Assembly (NCBI GenBank): GCA_038235745.1
Contig: JBBSTQ010000001.1
Coordinates: forward strand, 5,308 to 69,307
DNA length: 64,000 nt
Direction of reading: 5' to 3'
Source: Sphingobacteriales bacterium
Lineage (GTDB): Bacteria; Bacteroidota; Bacteroidia; Sphingobacteriales; Sphingobacteriaceae
The notes beneath the pieces are model-generated. The model ran no database searches and was not told where the DNA came from. It saw nothing but the letters and a program-made list of their open reading frames with translations. Below are positions 19,333 to 29,413 of this stretch, piece after piece (the first letter of the stretch is position 1; each line of letters opens with the position of its first letter). Position numbers and translations under genes: made by a program.

Positions 19333-20445
19333 ATGAACATCATGAGAAATAAGATTTTAATTTGCGCCTTATTCATCACTATCCTTGCTACACAAGCTTG
19401 TAAAACAGCCAAAAAAGTAGGTAAAAATAACACGCTTGCTAATACAGAAAAAGCGATGCTTAAAGCGTTAACATGGCAAGAAGCAAATCCCATTGTTGAG
19501 AAATCGCCTATGGATTGGACTAATGGAGCGTATTATACCGGAGTGGTAAAAGCTCACGAAGCAACAAATAACCCTGTGTTTTTAAGGGCTTTAAAAGACA
19601 TGGCAGAGCGAAATGATTGGCAAACCTATATTCGCATTAATAGCGCAGATGATGTAGCAATTAGTTACGCTTATCTTTATTTAAAATCTATTGGTGTTGA
19701 AAGTGCAAACCTTAAACCTACTGAAGAATTTCTTAAAAAACATTTAGCTTATCAACAAAGCCAAAAACGCGACAAACCTTTGTGGTGGTGGTGTGATGCA
19801 CTTTTTATGGCACCGCCCGTTTTAACTGAACTTGCCAATATAAACAATGACCCCGCACTGCTCGATGCTATGTACACCCATTATAAAGAAACCTATGATT
19901 TACTGTACGACAAAGAAGAGCATCTTTTTGCAAGAGACAACCGCTTTTTGTGGAAGGGCGAAAGCACCGATAAAAAAGAGAAAAATGGTAAAAAAATATT
20001 TTGGTCGCGAGGAAATGGATGGGTTTTAGGTGGCCTCGCTCTAATTTTAGAAGATTTGCCGAAAAACTATATTCACAGACCGTTTTTTGAAACCTTATTC
20101 AAAGAAATGTCTGTTAAGGTTAAAGAACTGCAACAACCAGATGGTTTATGGACCGCTAGTATGCTATCTCCAGAGTCTTACGATCATACTGAAACCAGTG
20201 GAAGTGGCTTTTTTACGTTTGGTATTGCATGGGGAATTAATAATGGGTTGCTAAATCCATCTGATTTTAAGCCGGTTGTAGCTAAAGCTTGGCCTTCTTT
20301 GTTAAAAACTCAGAAAGAAAATGGCATGATTGGTTACGTACAGAATATAGGTTTTGATCCTCGCCCAGCAACTGCGGAGAGTTGGCAAAATTATGGTACA
20401 GGCGCATTTTTGCTTGCAGGTAGCGAGGTTTTAAAAATGAAATAA
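19333..20445 (+). CDS. GH105 (GH88/105 superfamily) unsaturated uronyl hydrolase, lipoprotein
   Basis: Lipobox TQA-CK; DWTNGAYY, ADD, WWWCDALFMAPP, FWSRGNGW, ETSGSGFF, YGTGAFLLAG. Confidence 0.9.
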   Translation: MNIMRNKILICALFITILATQACKTAKKVGKNNTLANTEKAMLKALTWQEANPIVEKSPMDWTNGAYYTGVVKAHEATNNPVFLRALKDMAERNDWQTYIRINSADDVAISYAYLYLKSIGVESANLKPTEEFLKKHLAYQQSQKRDKPLWWWCDALFMAPPVLTELANINNDPALLDAMYTHYKETYDLLYDKEEHLFARDNRFLWKGESTDKKEKNGKKIFWSRGNGWVLGGLALILEDLPKNYIHRPFFETLFKEMSVKVKELQQPDGLWTASMLSPESYDHTETSGSGFFTFGIAWGINNGLLNPSDFKPVVAKAWPSLLKTQKENGMIGYVQNIGFDPRPATAESWQNYGTGAFLLAGSEVLKMK

Positions 20446-20614
20446 TTTTAAAAGTTTCATTTACTTGTCCGATTTGAGGAATAACTACGGTTTTTTAAGC
20501 GGTTTGTTAAAGTCAGATGCAAGACGTTTTTTGTCATCCGTTTACAATTAATAGAAAACCATACTTAGTGCATCTACCAAATATCGGCTAGTTTGTCAAC
20601 AAATTACTGCTGGT

Positions 20615-20678
20615 ACAATTGCATCCCTAATTAAGAACATATAACGGCCTTATTTGATCTTTATACCTGATATGTTTG
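20615..20678 (+). promoter_or_regulatory. Putative HTCS direct repeat plus -7 element upstream of GH16
   Basis: ACAATTGCATCCC (20615), ACATATAACGGCC (20637), TATGTTTG (20671). Confidence 0.7.
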
Positions 20679-20781
20679 TTCATCTGCAGATATAATTAAA
20701 TATTTAAGCATCAATAATTGAATTTAGTCGCCAGGCTATTTTAATAAAATTTGATGTTCACCAATTTTAAAAAAAATTAAA

Positions 20782-21717
20782 ATGAAAAAGCAATTCAAAA
20801 GGTTGGCTATTGTAGCCATTGGGGGTTTAATAATCCCATTTACTGCCTGTAAAAAAACAGAATCTATTTCTAATGTTCAAACCGAAGACGCTCAAGGGAA
20901 AATAAAAACGCAAGCCGTAGGTGCTTGGCAAACAGTTTTTGGAGAGTATTTTAACGATCAAACTTCATTTAATAATAAGTGGGAAAAAACCGGCGGAAGG
21001 GCAGATTATAATTCAGGCATCTGCCATTATGAGTCATGGGTGCCAGTACTTGACACAAAAGACGGCAGAACAGTATTGGTGTTGACTGCCACAAAAGTAG
21101 GGGAATACAATTTTAGATCTGGGCATGTTAAATCAGGTTTTAACTTTAAGCCAGGATATAACGAGGAGTATGTTGTTGAATCGAATATTAAATTAATTGC
21201 GCAAGATGGTGCTAACTTTAAAGGGTTTAGCCAAACTTATGGGGCATGGCCGGCTTTCTGGACAGTGCAAGAGGGCGAAGGGGTATGGCCGAAAAAAGGC
21301 GAAATAGATATTATGGAAGCTTATTCCAAATATGGAGAAACCCACTTTGCAAGTAATTTGTTTTATGGTACGCAATACCTAACCAACCTATTAGGAAGTA
21401 CTTGCGAAAGACAGTATCAACCAAAAAATCTTTCAGAAGGTTGGCACAAGTATGAACAATATTGGAAAAACGTTAATGGTGTTGTTACTGTAACCATCAA
21501 AGTGGATAATGTAACGCAGGCCAATTATACCAATAGCGCCAATTCGAACCTTAACTTAAATAACTTTGGGCCTCACAACATTATCTTAAATCTAAATGTT
21601 GGTCACACGCCAAAAGGGGAGAATCCTTACTATCTTTTTGATAATAGACGAATCAATCTATTCAGCAAAACAATGATGTGGGTGGATAATGTAGTTGTTA
21701 AAAAGCGAACGCTTTAA
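20782..21717 (+). CDS. GH16 glycoside hydrolase lipoprotein
   Basis: Lipobox FTA-CKK; GAWPAFW, WPKKGEIDIME catalytic motif, WHKY, IILNLNVG. Confidence 0.88.
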   Translation: MKKQFKRLAIVAIGGLIIPFTACKKTESISNVQTEDAQGKIKTQAVGAWQTVFGEYFNDQTSFNNKWEKTGGRADYNSGICHYESWVPVLDTKDGRTVLVLTATKVGEYNFRSGHVKSGFNFKPGYNEEYVVESNIKLIAQDGANFKGFSQTYGAWPAFWTVQEGEGVWPKKGEIDIMEAYSKYGETHFASNLFYGTQYLTNLLGSTCERQYQPKNLSEGWHKYEQYWKNVNGVVTVTIKVDNVTQANYTNSANSNLNLNNFGPHNIILNLNVGHTPKGENPYYLFDNRRINLFSKTMMWVDNVVVKKRTL

Positions 21718-21725
21718 ATAGTTTT

Positions 21726-21783
21726 ATGAGAAAAGTTCATCTCGACTTTATAACTATTAGTGGAGATGAACTTTTTCATTTTT
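21726..21783 (+). terminator. Intrinsic terminator
   Basis: ATGAGAAAAGTTCATCTC ... GAGATGAACTTTTTCAT inverted repeat with T run. Confidence 0.8.
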
Positions 21784-21902
21784 GAATAATATTTTAAGCC
21801 ATCATACCTTTGTTGGATATTGGTGGTGGTTTCAAAGTGGTTTCAGATTAACGATAATGTTAAATTTTTCTGAAGATTTAAAAGTAAGAGCACCACAAAA
21901 AG

Positions 21903-21965
21903 ATAAATGTCCCCTTAAATAAACACGAAAAAACCCCCACCGATAACCTTTCTTTTACACCTTTG
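21903..21965 (+). promoter_or_regulatory. Putative HTCS direct repeat plus -7 element upstream of GH3
   Basis: ATAAATGTCCCCT (21903), ACGAAAAAACCCC (21925), CACCTTTG (21958). Confidence 0.6.
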
Positions 21966-22045
21966 TTAAACCATCATTTTTACATGCTTCTAGCAAGTTG
22001 AAAGTAGATGAATAAAAAACCAGTTTAAAATAAAAAAAACCATTA

Positions 22046-24469
22046 ATGAAGTTAATTTCAGTTGTTACTAAAAAAGCATTTTTTACAGTTATTTTTTTAA
22101 CATTAAACCAATTTTCTTTTGCCCAAAAAGCCAACATTTACCAAAAAGGATGGATAGATTTTAACAAAAACGGCAAAAAAGACATTTTTGAAGATCCGTC
22201 CCAAGCTACAGAAAAGCGTATAGATAACCTGTTGTCTTTGATGACGCTTGAAGAAAAAACGAACCAAACTGCAACATTATATGGTTACGGCAGAGTTTTA
22301 AAAGATGAGTTACCAACTGCCAAATGGAAGACTGAGATTTGGAAAGATGGCATAGCCAATATAGACGAGCAATTAAACAGCTTGCCTTTTCATCCAAAGG
22401 TAACTTCACAATATTCTTTTCCTTTCAGCAAACATGCTGATGCCATTAATCAGATTCAAAAATGGTTTGTAGAAGAAACCAGAATGGGGATTCCGGTAGA
22501 TTTCTCTAATGAAGGAATTCATGGTTTAAATCACGATAGGGCAACACCTTTACCATCGCCGATAAACATTGGCAGTACCTGGAATAAAAACATGGTAAGG
22601 CAAGCCGGCGAAATGGTTGGCAGAGAGGGAAAAGCTTTAGGTTATACCAATATATATGCGCCAATTTTAGATTTAGCCCGCGATCCACGTTGGGGGCGTG
22701 TGGTAGAAACGTATGGTGAAGACCCATTTTTAGTGGCCGAACTGGGTAAGCAAATGGTTTTAGGCATTCAAGGCAACGGAATTGCTGCTACTTTAAAGCA
22801 TTTTGCGGCTTATAGCATGCCCAAAGGTGGAAGAGATGGCCATGCCAGAACAGATCCGCACATTGCGCCTCGTGAATTGCATGAAATTCATTTATATCCT
22901 TTCAAAAGAGTGATACAGGAAACTGGTGTAATGGGAATTATGAGCAGTTATAATGATTGGGATGGTTTGCCCGTAACCGGAAGCAAGTATTTTTTGACAG
23001 AACTTCTTAGAAAGCAATACGGTTTTACAGGTTATGTTGTTTCTGATAGTGAAGCCGTAGAATTTTTATTGACCAAGCATCATGTAGCTGCTGATTATAA
23101 GGAAGCCGTTCGACTGGCAATAGAGGCCGGATTAAATGTTCGTACAAATTTTACGCCTCCGTCTGATTATATTTTACCCCTGCGGGAATTGGTAAAAGAA
23201 GGTAAAGTAAGTATGAAAACACTTGATGATAGAGTTGCGGATGTACTTAGGGTTAAATTTAAATTAGGTTTGTTTGATAGCCCTTATGTAAAAGATGTTA
23301 AAGCTGCTGATAAATTAGTTCACACACAGACAGATGAAGATTTTGCTACCCAGCTAAACAGAGAGTCGTTGGTGTTGCTGAAAAATAGCAAACAAACCTT
23401 GCCACTTGATAAAAATAAGATTAAAAACATTTTAGTCACCGGTCCGCTTGCAGACGTAACTAATTATCAACTAAGTCGCTATGGTCCGTCTAACAATAAA
23501 ACGACTTCAGTTTTGCAAGGGATTAAAAACTATGTAGGAAATTCGGTAAATATCAACTACAGTAAAGGCTGTGATATTGTAGATGCCACTTGGCCGGAAA
23601 GCGAAATTATTCCAACGCCATTAACCAAAGAAGAACAAGCCTCAATAGACCAAGCTGTAGCTCAGGCAAAAAATGCTGATGTGATTATTGCTGTTGTTGG
23701 CGAGGATGAAAAAAGAGTTGGAGAAAGTCTTTCAAGAACTAGCTTAGGTTTGCCAGGCCGTCAGTTTCAATTGATACAAGCATTACAGGCAACCGGAAAA
23801 CCGGTAATTATGGTATTAGTTAATGGCCAGCCTTTAACCATCAATTGGGAAAACCGCTATGTTGCAGCCATTTTAGAAGCATGGTTTCCTGGCGCACAGG
23901 GAGGTAAAGTTATTGCCGAAACTTTATTCGGGGATTATAATCCGGGAGGAAAACTTTCTGTTACTTTCCCTAAAACAACCGGACAAATAGAATTAAACTT
24001 CCCATATAAAAAAGGCTCGCACAACGGGCAACCGGGTGATGGACCAAACGGTTTTGGGAATACTGCAGTAGTAGGTGCTCTTTATCCTTTTGGATATGGT
24101 TTAAGTTACACCACATTTGCTTATAAAAATCTATCGGTAAGTCCAGAAAAATCACAAAGCCAAGGAGATATTGAAGTTTCTGTAGAGGTTACCAATACCG
24201 GTAAAGTAAAAGGAGATGAAGTAGTGCAATTGTATTTAAAGGATATGGTAAGCAGCGTAACTACTTATGAGATGGTTTTGAGAGGATTTGAAAGAATAAG
24301 CTTAAATCCGGGAGAAACCAAAAAAGTGAAATTCACTTTAAACCCTGATCATTTAGCCCTCCTAGATAAAAACATGGAATGGACGGTAGAACCCGGCACT
24401 TTTAAAGTAATGATAGGTTCATCTTCAGAAGACATCAGGCAAAGTACAGAATTCACAATCACCAGATAA
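22046..24469 (+). CDS. GH3 beta-glucosidase/beta-xylosidase
   Basis: WIDFNKNGKKDIFED N-terminus, NEGIHG, RDPRWGRVVETYGEDP, LKHF, VVSDS, YNPGGKL. Confidence 0.92.
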   Translation: MKLISVVTKKAFFTVIFLTLNQFSFAQKANIYQKGWIDFNKNGKKDIFEDPSQATEKRIDNLLSLMTLEEKTNQTATLYGYGRVLKDELPTAKWKTEIWKDGIANIDEQLNSLPFHPKVTSQYSFPFSKHADAINQIQKWFVEETRMGIPVDFSNEGIHGLNHDRATPLPSPINIGSTWNKNMVRQAGEMVGREGKALGYTNIYAPILDLARDPRWGRVVETYGEDPFLVAELGKQMVLGIQGNGIAATLKHFAAYSMPKGGRDGHARTDPHIAPRELHEIHLYPFKRVIQETGVMGIMSSYNDWDGLPVTGSKYFLTELLRKQYGFTGYVVSDSEAVEFLLTKHHVAADYKEAVRLAIEAGLNVRTNFTPPSDYILPLRELVKEGKVSMKTLDDRVADVLRVKFKLGLFDSPYVKDVKAADKLVHTQTDEDFATQLNRESLVLLKNSKQTLPLDKNKIKNILVTGPLADVTNYQLSRYGPSNNKTTSVLQGIKNYVGNSVNINYSKGCDIVDATWPESEIIPTPLTKEEQASIDQAVAQAKNADVIIAVVGEDEKRVGESLSRTSLGLPGRQFQLIQALQATGKPVIMVLVNGQPLTINWENRYVAAILEAWFPGAQGGKVIAETLFGDYNPGGKLSVTFPKTTGQIELNFPYKKGSHNGQPGDGPNGFGNTAVVGALYPFGYGLSYTTFAYKNLSVSPEKSQSQGDIEVSVEVTNTGKVKGDEVVQLYLKDMVSSVTTYEMVLRGFERISLNPGETKKVKFTLNPDHLALLDKNMEWTVEPGTFKVMIGSSSEDIRQSTEFTITR

Positions 24470-24492
24470 TTTTGAAATAAACGCTAAAATTC

Positions 24493-26130
24493 ATGAATAA
24501 AAATTCCCTTTTTCTAGCTATTTTGATGTTCGCTCTTTCTCCTGTTTTCTCTCAGGAATGGAGAAGTAGTTTATATCCTGAAAACTGGAAACCAGGAATG
24601 CAAGACAGTGAAGGGAGATTTCTTCATGATTTTTCTTATGCCGGATATCGCCGTGGCGAGCGGGCAATTACTGAAATAAAAAAGAATATAGTAGATGTTA
24701 GCAAAGCCCCTTATTTAGTAGATAAAACCGGAAAAGAAGATGCAACAGCATCCATTCAAAAAGCATTAAATGACGTAGGTAAAGGTGGCGGTGGTGTGGT
24801 TTATTTACCAGCAGGGAAATATAAGATAGATGTTTCTTCAACCAAAGCTAATCCCATAAAAATAAACTATAGCAATGTGGTGTTGAGGGGTGCTGGTGTT
24901 GGTAAAACTTTTATATTCAATGATAATGCTAATGTGAGGAACGTTTCCATCATACAAGCTAAACCGCTCTCTGGCGGAAACTGGTTAAGCCCAGAAAGCA
25001 AATCTGTGAGCATAAGTGAAGATTTATTGCTGCCTACCCAAACAATTCCGGTTTCATCTGTCCAAGATTTTAAAGTTGGGGATTGGGTAGTTTTAAGATC
25101 TGATGTAACCGAAGAGTTTATTACCGAACACGATATGGATAACCTGTGGGAGACATCTTTAAAGGGCACTATATTTTACCGATATATTACTGCGATAAAC
25201 AAAAAAGCAAAAACCATACAGGTTGATGCACCTACCAAATATTTTCTCAAAAAGAGAGACAATGCAAGGGTTTATAAAGTGAAGCCTGCATTAAGCGAAG
25301 TTGGGATTGAGCATTTTTCTATCGCAAACAAGCAATCGGTTTTACCAGGTTTAGGATATTTGGAATTCAATGTTAAAGGCACAGCTGCTTACGAAGTGCA
25401 TGGGTCTAACATGATATTGATCGACAATGCAATCAATAGCTGGATCAAAAACGTAAGCACCTTTAAGCCAGACGAGAATAAAGATGATATCCATTTGGTT
25501 TCTAACGGGATTTTATTGCAGAGTTCCAGATTTGTAACGGTAGATTCCTGCTCTTTTCAAAAAACCCAGTATTTTGGAGAAGGCGGAAATGGTTATATGT
25601 ACATTTTGGTTTCAAATGACTGTTTGATTAAAGATTCATTTGCTGCTTACGGTCGGCATAACTACGATTTTAAATCTATGCACAGCAATGGAAATGTTGT
25701 TTTGCGATGCAGGGGAGAAAATTCAACGCTAGCTAGTGATTTTCACATGCACCTGAGCATGTCAAATTTATTTGACAACACTACTTTAAATAAAGACTTT
25801 TTGGAAGCGAAGTTTAGGCCTTGGGGTACATTGCCAGACATGCATGGCTACCCAACAACGCAAAGTGTTTATTGGAATACCGTGGGCGAAGCTTATAAGG
25901 CGAAGTCTCCTTATGTCATTAATTCAGAGCAGTTTGGGTGGGGATATATTATTGGAACAAGCGGGCCTGCAAGTGCGGTAAAAACCTCGCCAACTGCGGG
26001 TAAAATAAAGCAATATGCTTATGATTCATCTCCAGAAGATTTTACGGAAGGCATAGGTAAAGGAGCTCTTCTAATGCCAAAATCACTTTACGTGGATCAA
26101 CTGGAAAGAAGAATAAAATCACTTAAATAA
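24493..26130 (+). CDS. Parallel beta-helix (pectin lyase-fold) polysaccharide-active protein, family unassigned
   Basis: Signal peptide VFS-Q; HDFSYAGYRRG, DATASIQKAL...GGGVVYLPAGKY...NVVLRGAG (Pectate_lyase_3-like start), GGNGY, GRHNY, SDFH. Confidence 0.7.
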   Translation: MNKNSLFLAILMFALSPVFSQEWRSSLYPENWKPGMQDSEGRFLHDFSYAGYRRGERAITEIKKNIVDVSKAPYLVDKTGKEDATASIQKALNDVGKGGGGVVYLPAGKYKIDVSSTKANPIKINYSNVVLRGAGVGKTFIFNDNANVRNVSIIQAKPLSGGNWLSPESKSVSISEDLLLPTQTIPVSSVQDFKVGDWVVLRSDVTEEFITEHDMDNLWETSLKGTIFYRYITAINKKAKTIQVDAPTKYFLKKRDNARVYKVKPALSEVGIEHFSIANKQSVLPGLGYLEFNVKGTAAYEVHGSNMILIDNAINSWIKNVSTFKPDENKDDIHLVSNGILLQSSRFVTVDSCSFQKTQYFGEGGNGYMYILVSNDCLIKDSFAAYGRHNYDFKSMHSNGNVVLRCRGENSTLASDFHMHLSMSNLFDNTTLNKDFLEAKFRPWGTLPDMHGYPTTQSVYWNTVGEAYKAKSPYVINSEQFGWGYIIGTSGPASAVKTSPTAGKIKQYAYDSSPEDFTEGIGKGALLMPKSLYVDQLERRIKSLK

Positions 26131-26211
26131 TGCCGATAGTGCCTGAAATGTTTGATGAAATGAAATTAGCAGGAGAACAGTTTTCAAGAAAAAATAACCC
26201 TTAATTTTATA

Positions 26212-27534
26212 ATGAAAGCAATTAAAATTTTTATACTCGTGATCCTTTGTGGCAATTTTGCTATTGCCCAGCAAAATGTTAAGTCGAAAAAAAACAGTGC
26301 GATTACTAGCATAAGTCCTTATCTCATTGGTCAAAACGCTTGGGGAAGAGGGGATATTTTCATAGTTGAAAAACAAATTAAAAAGGTTCAGTATCAAACC
26401 ATACGCATTGGTGGTAACGGTTACGAAAATAGCGGTTTCATGCATAAAGATGTAATAAAATACATCGATTATGCCCGTTCTGTAGGTGCAGAACCTATTG
26501 TGCAAATGCCCAGACAGTTGAAAGATGATGATAAAGCTTTTAAAACAATTGCCTATTTAAATGGTCAATTAAACAAAAAGATTAAGTTTTGGAGCATCGG
26601 TAATGAGCCAGACCATCATAACCAATTAGCATCGCCAGAGCAGGTGTTTGATTATTTTACCAAAATAGCAGCGCAAATTAAAAGGTACGATCCAGAAGCT
26701 AAAATTATGGGTTTCGATTTGGCATCGCACAAAGAAAGTTATTTAAGCAGGCTTTTAGGTGGCGACTTAGATGTAACCAAAAAAGTACCAAACAAAAATT
26801 ACCATTATTTGGATATAGTAGCTTTTCACAACTACAAATTTAAAGACATTACAGGCTTTGAAAAAGATGTTAAAAGGCTGAAACAGCAACTTAAGCCAAT
26901 AAACGATCGCCGGCCACAAAGCCAGCAGGTTGGCTGGGCAATTACCGAGTTTAATTCACACTGGATAGTTGATGAAAGTTTAGGAGAAGACTTTTTACCG
27001 TATAATTTTCACAACGGGCAAATTTTTGCAGAGATGTACGACTTAGGGATGCGAGAAGGCGCTTTTACCATTTGTCCTTGGAGTATTTTAGAAGGTGGCG
27101 CAGATAGAGAAGGTACAGATTTAAGCATGTTTGATTTAGTTGACGGAGAGTATATCCCACGTTCAAATTACTACCACACAAAAATGCTCTCACAAAACAT
27201 AAGACAAAACTATTTGAGCCATGTTAATAGTGAAAAAGATATTACTGTTATCCCCATGGGAGATAAGAGAGGTGTTTCTGTAATGGTGCTCAATAAAAGT
27301 AAATCAACGGACTTCAATTTCGTTTTAACATTAGATACAGTGATGCAAAAAAGTGTTTCAAAAGGGATTTCCATATCGGTTAATGCAGAGGTTAATGCTT
27401 CAATTGAATCAGATATAAAAGCGGCATCTACCCAGATGTTTGTTTTTGATAATAAAGGTAAATTATTAAGAAAATACGCTTACTCGGCAAAAGACGAGGA
27501 AGCAAAAAGAGCACCTAGCGTAGTGCTTTTTTAG
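26212..27534 (+). CDS. Clan GH-A (TIM barrel) glycoside hydrolase, family unassigned (GH44/GH39/GH79/GH51-like fold)
   Basis: Signal peptide AIA-Q; IRIGG, WSIGNEPD (acid/base Glu), DIVAFHNY, WAITEFN (nucleophile Glu); paralog of the central domain of 29414..31864. Confidence 0.7.
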   Translation: MKAIKIFILVILCGNFAIAQQNVKSKKNSAITSISPYLIGQNAWGRGDIFIVEKQIKKVQYQTIRIGGNGYENSGFMHKDVIKYIDYARSVGAEPIVQMPRQLKDDDKAFKTIAYLNGQLNKKIKFWSIGNEPDHHNQLASPEQVFDYFTKIAAQIKRYDPEAKIMGFDLASHKESYLSRLLGGDLDVTKKVPNKNYHYLDIVAFHNYKFKDITGFEKDVKRLKQQLKPINDRRPQSQQVGWAITEFNSHWIVDESLGEDFLPYNFHNGQIFAEMYDLGMREGAFTICPWSILEGGADREGTDLSMFDLVDGEYIPRSNYYHTKMLSQNIRQNYLSHVNSEKDITVIPMGDKRGVSVMVLNKSKSTDFNFVLTLDTVMQKSVSKGISISVNAEVNASIESDIKAASTQMFVFDNKGKLLRKYAYSAKDEEAKRAPSVVLF

Positions 27535-27599
27535 ACTAAAACATTCTTAAAAGTAGAAATTACGATTCCTCAAAACAGATCTTAAACAAATACAATTTT

Positions 27600-29030
27600 A
27601 TGCAGAAACTTGTAATTCCTACAATAGGAGCCATGCTGTTTTTAGGCAGTTATTTAGGTCCGCAAAAAACAGAAACCTCAGCGGTTCAGCTAAGCACTGA
27701 TTCCGTTATGAATACTGTACAAGCCAACTACACTAATTATTGCGCCAGTTGCCATGGTAATAAGGTAGAAGCTTTTGCTGATAGAAAATGGAACCACGGA
27801 AAAACCAAAGATGACCTTTTTCAATCGATAAAAAACGGTTACGAAAAAGGTGGAATGCCTAGTTTTAAAGCCACCTTTAAAGACCAAGAAATATACGATT
27901 TGGCAGATTATATTTTAAAAGCCATCGCAAATGTAGATCGGTACACTTTTGATGATTCTAAGACCAAGGTCAATTTTTTCGAATCTAAACTTCAAAACAT
28001 CAAGTTAGACACAGTCGCTCGTAACTTAGGAGTGCCTTGGGCAATTGGTTTTTTACCTAATGGCGAGTTATTGGTTACAGAGCGTTCTAATAAATTATAC
28101 CTGATTCCTAAAAAAGGAGAGCCTAAATTAATTGGCGGTTTACCAAAAGTTTGGGTAGAAATGCAGGGCGGGCTTTTCGATATTAAGGTACATCCGCAAT
28201 ATAAAAAGAACAATTTGGTGTATCTGTCTTATGCGGCTTACAAAGTAAACGGGAAAGACACTTTATCAACCACAGCTGTAATTAAAGCCAATTTTGATGG
28301 AGAAAAGCTGACCAACTCGGCAATCATATTTGAAGCATTGCCTTACGCAAAAACAAGGTACCATTACGGTGCAAAACTTGAGTTTAATGCGCAAAACCAA
28401 CTTTATATTTCTGTTGGCGATAGAGGGAGTAGCAAAACTGGCCCACAAGGTTTAACTACAGCTATGGGGAAAATTCACAGGATAAATGACGATGGGAGCA
28501 TCCCTACAGATAATCCGTTTGTAAATGTTGAAGGCAGTGTAAAATCAACATTTTCTCATGGGCATCGCAATCCGCAAGGTTTAGCTTTAAATCCGTTTAC
28601 CAAACAACTTTGGGAAAACGAACACGGCCCACGTGGTGGCGATGAGATTAATATCATCCAAAAAGGTAAAAATTACGGTTGGCCAGTTATTTCTTATGGA
28701 ATCAATTACGATGGTACTGCTTTAACAGAAAAAGTTGCGCAAGACGGAATGGAGCAACCCATAGTTTATTGGATTCCGTCCATTGCACCATCGGGTATGG
28801 CTTTTGTTTCTGGCAAAAAATATAAAAATTGGAAAGGTAATGTGCTCTCAGGTTCTTTAAGATTCAACTACTTAAACCGGTCTGTAATTAAAGACAGTAA
28901 AATAGTTGAAGAAGAGATTTTGCTTAAAGATGTTGGCAGGCTACGCGATGTAAAGATGGGTCCAAACGGCTACATCTACATCGCAACGGAATCTCCAGGT
29001 TATATTTTTAAATTGATACCTGTTAAATAG
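27600..29030 (+). CDS. Cytochrome c-fused PQQ-dependent sugar dehydrogenase (GSDH/YliI family)
   Basis: CASCH heme-binding motif, GMPSF; PWAIGFLP, QGGLFDI, HYG, SVGDRG, GHRNPQG, NEHGPRGGDEIN, GKNYGWP, SIAPSG, GRLRDV. Confidence 0.9.
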   Translation: MQKLVIPTIGAMLFLGSYLGPQKTETSAVQLSTDSVMNTVQANYTNYCASCHGNKVEAFADRKWNHGKTKDDLFQSIKNGYEKGGMPSFKATFKDQEIYDLADYILKAIANVDRYTFDDSKTKVNFFESKLQNIKLDTVARNLGVPWAIGFLPNGELLVTERSNKLYLIPKKGEPKLIGGLPKVWVEMQGGLFDIKVHPQYKKNNLVYLSYAAYKVNGKDTLSTTAVIKANFDGEKLTNSAIIFEALPYAKTRYHYGAKLEFNAQNQLYISVGDRGSSKTGPQGLTTAMGKIHRINDDGSIPTDNPFVNVEGSVKSTFSHGHRNPQGLALNPFTKQLWENEHGPRGGDEINIIQKGKNYGWPVISYGINYDGTALTEKVAQDGMEQPIVYWIPSIAPSGMAFVSGKKYKNWKGNVLSGSLRFNYLNRSVIKDSKIVEEEILLKDVGRLRDVKMGPNGYIYIATESPGYIFKLIPVK

Positions 29031-29058
29031 CTTTCGACTATCTATCCAACGTTAAAAT

Positions 29059-29140
29059 CGTAAATCCTTATAGTTCGTAGCCTGTGTTTACCAGATGTTA
29101 GCCTTTTAACCTCTGGAAATAACTAGGATTTACGGACTTT
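29059..29140 (+). terminator. Long imperfect two-tier hairpin after the PQQ dehydrogenase gene
   Basis: CGTAAATCCT(TA)TAGTT (29059-29075) pairs with AACTAGGATTTACG (29121-29134); inner stem CCAGA.GTTA/TAAC.TCTGG. Confidence 0.5.
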
Positions 29141-29239
29141 GTTTATTGTAGTACGGGTATCCCGGACTGCGTGAACGAGCATTTTCAACATTACTCAACC
29201 TAACAATTGTTTTAAGGGATTATAATCTTCCCAAAAAAT

Positions 29240-29303
29240 ACATTTATATACCTATTTAGGCATAAATGCGCACCTCCAATCATCTTTTATTGCGAGACAT
29301 TTG
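29240..29303 (+). promoter_or_regulatory. Putative HTCS direct repeat plus -7 element
   Basis: ACATTTATATACC (29240), ATAAATGCGCACC (29262), GACATTTG (29296). Confidence 0.65.
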
Positions 29304-29413
29304 ATTAGACCAAAAGCGTAGTAGTTTTTGGCAGTTTATTACATCCTTTTTATCAGCAGAGAACCCGCCAAGGCTTTTCCGCACAACCAATTATCTTAAA
29401 CAATTAAAATCGA

